60,493 nt of DNA. Source: Bacteroidales bacterium. Lineage in GTDB: Bacteria > Bacteroidota > Bacteroidia > Bacteroidales > UBA7960. Positions within the stretch are counted from its first letter, which is position 1. The number at the start of each line of letters is the position of its first letter. This document shows positions 59,709 through 60,493 of the stretch, piece after piece. Under the pieces are notes generated by a model. It saw nothing but the letters and a program-made list of their open reading frames with translations, searched no databases and was not told where the DNA came from. The DNA lies in contig PWLF01000078.1 of the NCBI GenBank assembly GCA_003559475.1, positions 1 to 60,493 on the forward strand. The letters run 5' to 3'. The position numbers and the translations under genes are program-made.

Positions 59709-59716
59709 CAAAAATA
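59709..59716 (-). promoter_or_regulatory. -7-like box TATTTTTG (minus strand) embedded in a 16-bp palindrome between the nuoE-like and nuoF-like genes
   Basis: CAAAAATA on the plus strand, 20 nt upstream of the start at 59689. It lies inside GACAAAAATATTTGTC (59707-59722). Confidence 0.3.
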
Positions 59717-59752
59717 TTTGTCAGTTAATAAATTATGTCAGATTTAAAACTC

Positions 59753-60280
59753 TTAATTTTCTGACTTACTATCTCTTTTTATGCCTCTAACTATTTTTAA
59801 GGCCTTTTTTGAATCTAATTTTCCATGAGTATCATCATTTATCATAATAACCGGAGCAAGAGAACAACAACCAACACAAGCGACAGTTTCCAATGTAAAT
59901 AAACCATCTTCCGTTGTTCCTCCATCTTCAATTTCAAGGTAATCTAACAAAGCCTCCGTTATAGCACTAACATTTTGAACATGACAAGCAGTACCATGGC
60001 AAGATTTTATCATGTATTTCCCGACAGGATTAAGCCTAAACTGAGCATAAAAAGTAGCTACTCCATACATTTCATTTAACTCAAGACCAAGATCTTTATT
60101 TAATTTCAAGAAAGCAGAATAAGGTATATATCCATAGATATCTTGAGTTCCCTGCAAAAGAGGAATTAAATTACCTTTTTTACCGCGATACTTCTCAATT
60201 AACGGGTTCATGAGTGATATATCAATATCTGATGTATTGTAGCTTTTGACTTTTTCCTGAGGTTTTCTTTCAATTCTCAT
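59753..60280 (-). CDS. NuoE/HydC-like thioredoxin-fold [2Fe-2S] subunit
   Basis: CHGTACHV ... CVGCCSLAPV cluster ligands and the typical NuoE length. Confidence 0.9.
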   Translation of the reverse strand: MRIERKPQEKVKSYNTSDIDISLMNPLIEKYRGKKGNLIPLLQGTQDIYGYIPYSAFLKLNKDLGLELNEMYGVATFYAQFRLNPVGKYMIKSCHGTACHVQNVSAITEALLDYLEIEDGGTTEDGLFTLETVACVGCCSLAPVIMINDDTHGKLDSKKALKIVRGIKRDSKSEN

Positions 60281-60493
60281 AATTATAATAATATGATGTT
60301 AAAAAATTTATTCAAGTGCAAAGAAATAAAAAATGTAATAATTATGTTATAAAAAACAAATAAATATTTTTATCAGCAATTCAGAACAGAAAAATACTTT
60401 AGGTTAGATTGGTGATTTTCAGTCATAAAATAAATTTGGAAAAAAATATTTTTCGCACTAATTTAGCAAAATAACCATGGCACCAGCCATGGC

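Noticed and set aside
60475-60492. GC-rich hairpin CCATGGC-ACCA-GCCATGG at the very end of the window
   Set aside because: It is striking in AT-rich DNA but truncated by the window edge. I cannot tell whether it is a terminator of an upstream gene, part of a structured RNA or a repeat.
1-60493. Search for CRISPR arrays, transposases, integrases, IS inverted repeats, prophage or defence-system genes, rRNA and tRNA genes
   Set aside because: There are no regularly spaced direct repeats and no ORF with recombinase, transposase or nuclease-ATPase defence signatures. No GC-rich cloverleaf-like segments occur in intergenic DNA. The window reads as core chromosome.

Overview
AT-rich bacterial chromosome segment that looks like Bacteroidota. 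Supporting signals are many TAnnTTTG(CA) -7 promoter boxes upstream of genes, a T9SS C-terminal sorting domain, a GldB-like lipoprotein and Omp28-type lipoproteins. Coding density is high and most genes are housekeeping: DNA repair (mutL partial, uvrB, uvrD/pcrA); cofactor synthesis (lipA, ribBA, folE, nnr, and a TPP-riboswitch-controlled thi4-thiE-thiC-thiD operon); central metabolism (sucC, lpd, asnB); and envelope or polysaccharide genes (rfbD, uxs, capD-like, lptF/G, several glycosyltransferases, mlaD, namZ-like). I found no rRNA, tRNA, CRISPR array, transposase, integrase or obvious defence genes. Six things deserve a second look. (1) A divergent cluster at 6.3-11 kb encodes a periplasmic TlpA-type thioredoxin, a 561-aa outer-membrane beta-barrel, and two CxxC-bearing Omp28-like surface proteins (one lipoprotein, one T9SS cargo). 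(2) A NuoE/NuoF-like pair is followed by a 1206-aa [2Fe-2S]-GltD-NuoG/Fdh-like fusion and a ferritin-like protein at 53.7-60.3 kb, which looks like a Bfu-type flavin-based electron-bifurcating module. (3) Two perfect tandem duplications (20 and 17 bp) each copy the last codons plus the stop codon of a gene. (4) A MerR regulator carries the CarH-type Wx9EH/ExHxxG B12 photoreceptor signature. (5) A His-type (non-suicide, sulfide-dependent) Thi4 replaces ThiG/ThiH-type thiazole synthesis. (6) A small regulator island (LuxR-type RR, Cys-rich N-domain-REC protein, XRE) shares TTGC/GCAA palindromic motifs upstream of the XRE gene and of the lptF-GT operon. All functional calls come from motif recognition by eye. 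No database search was run.
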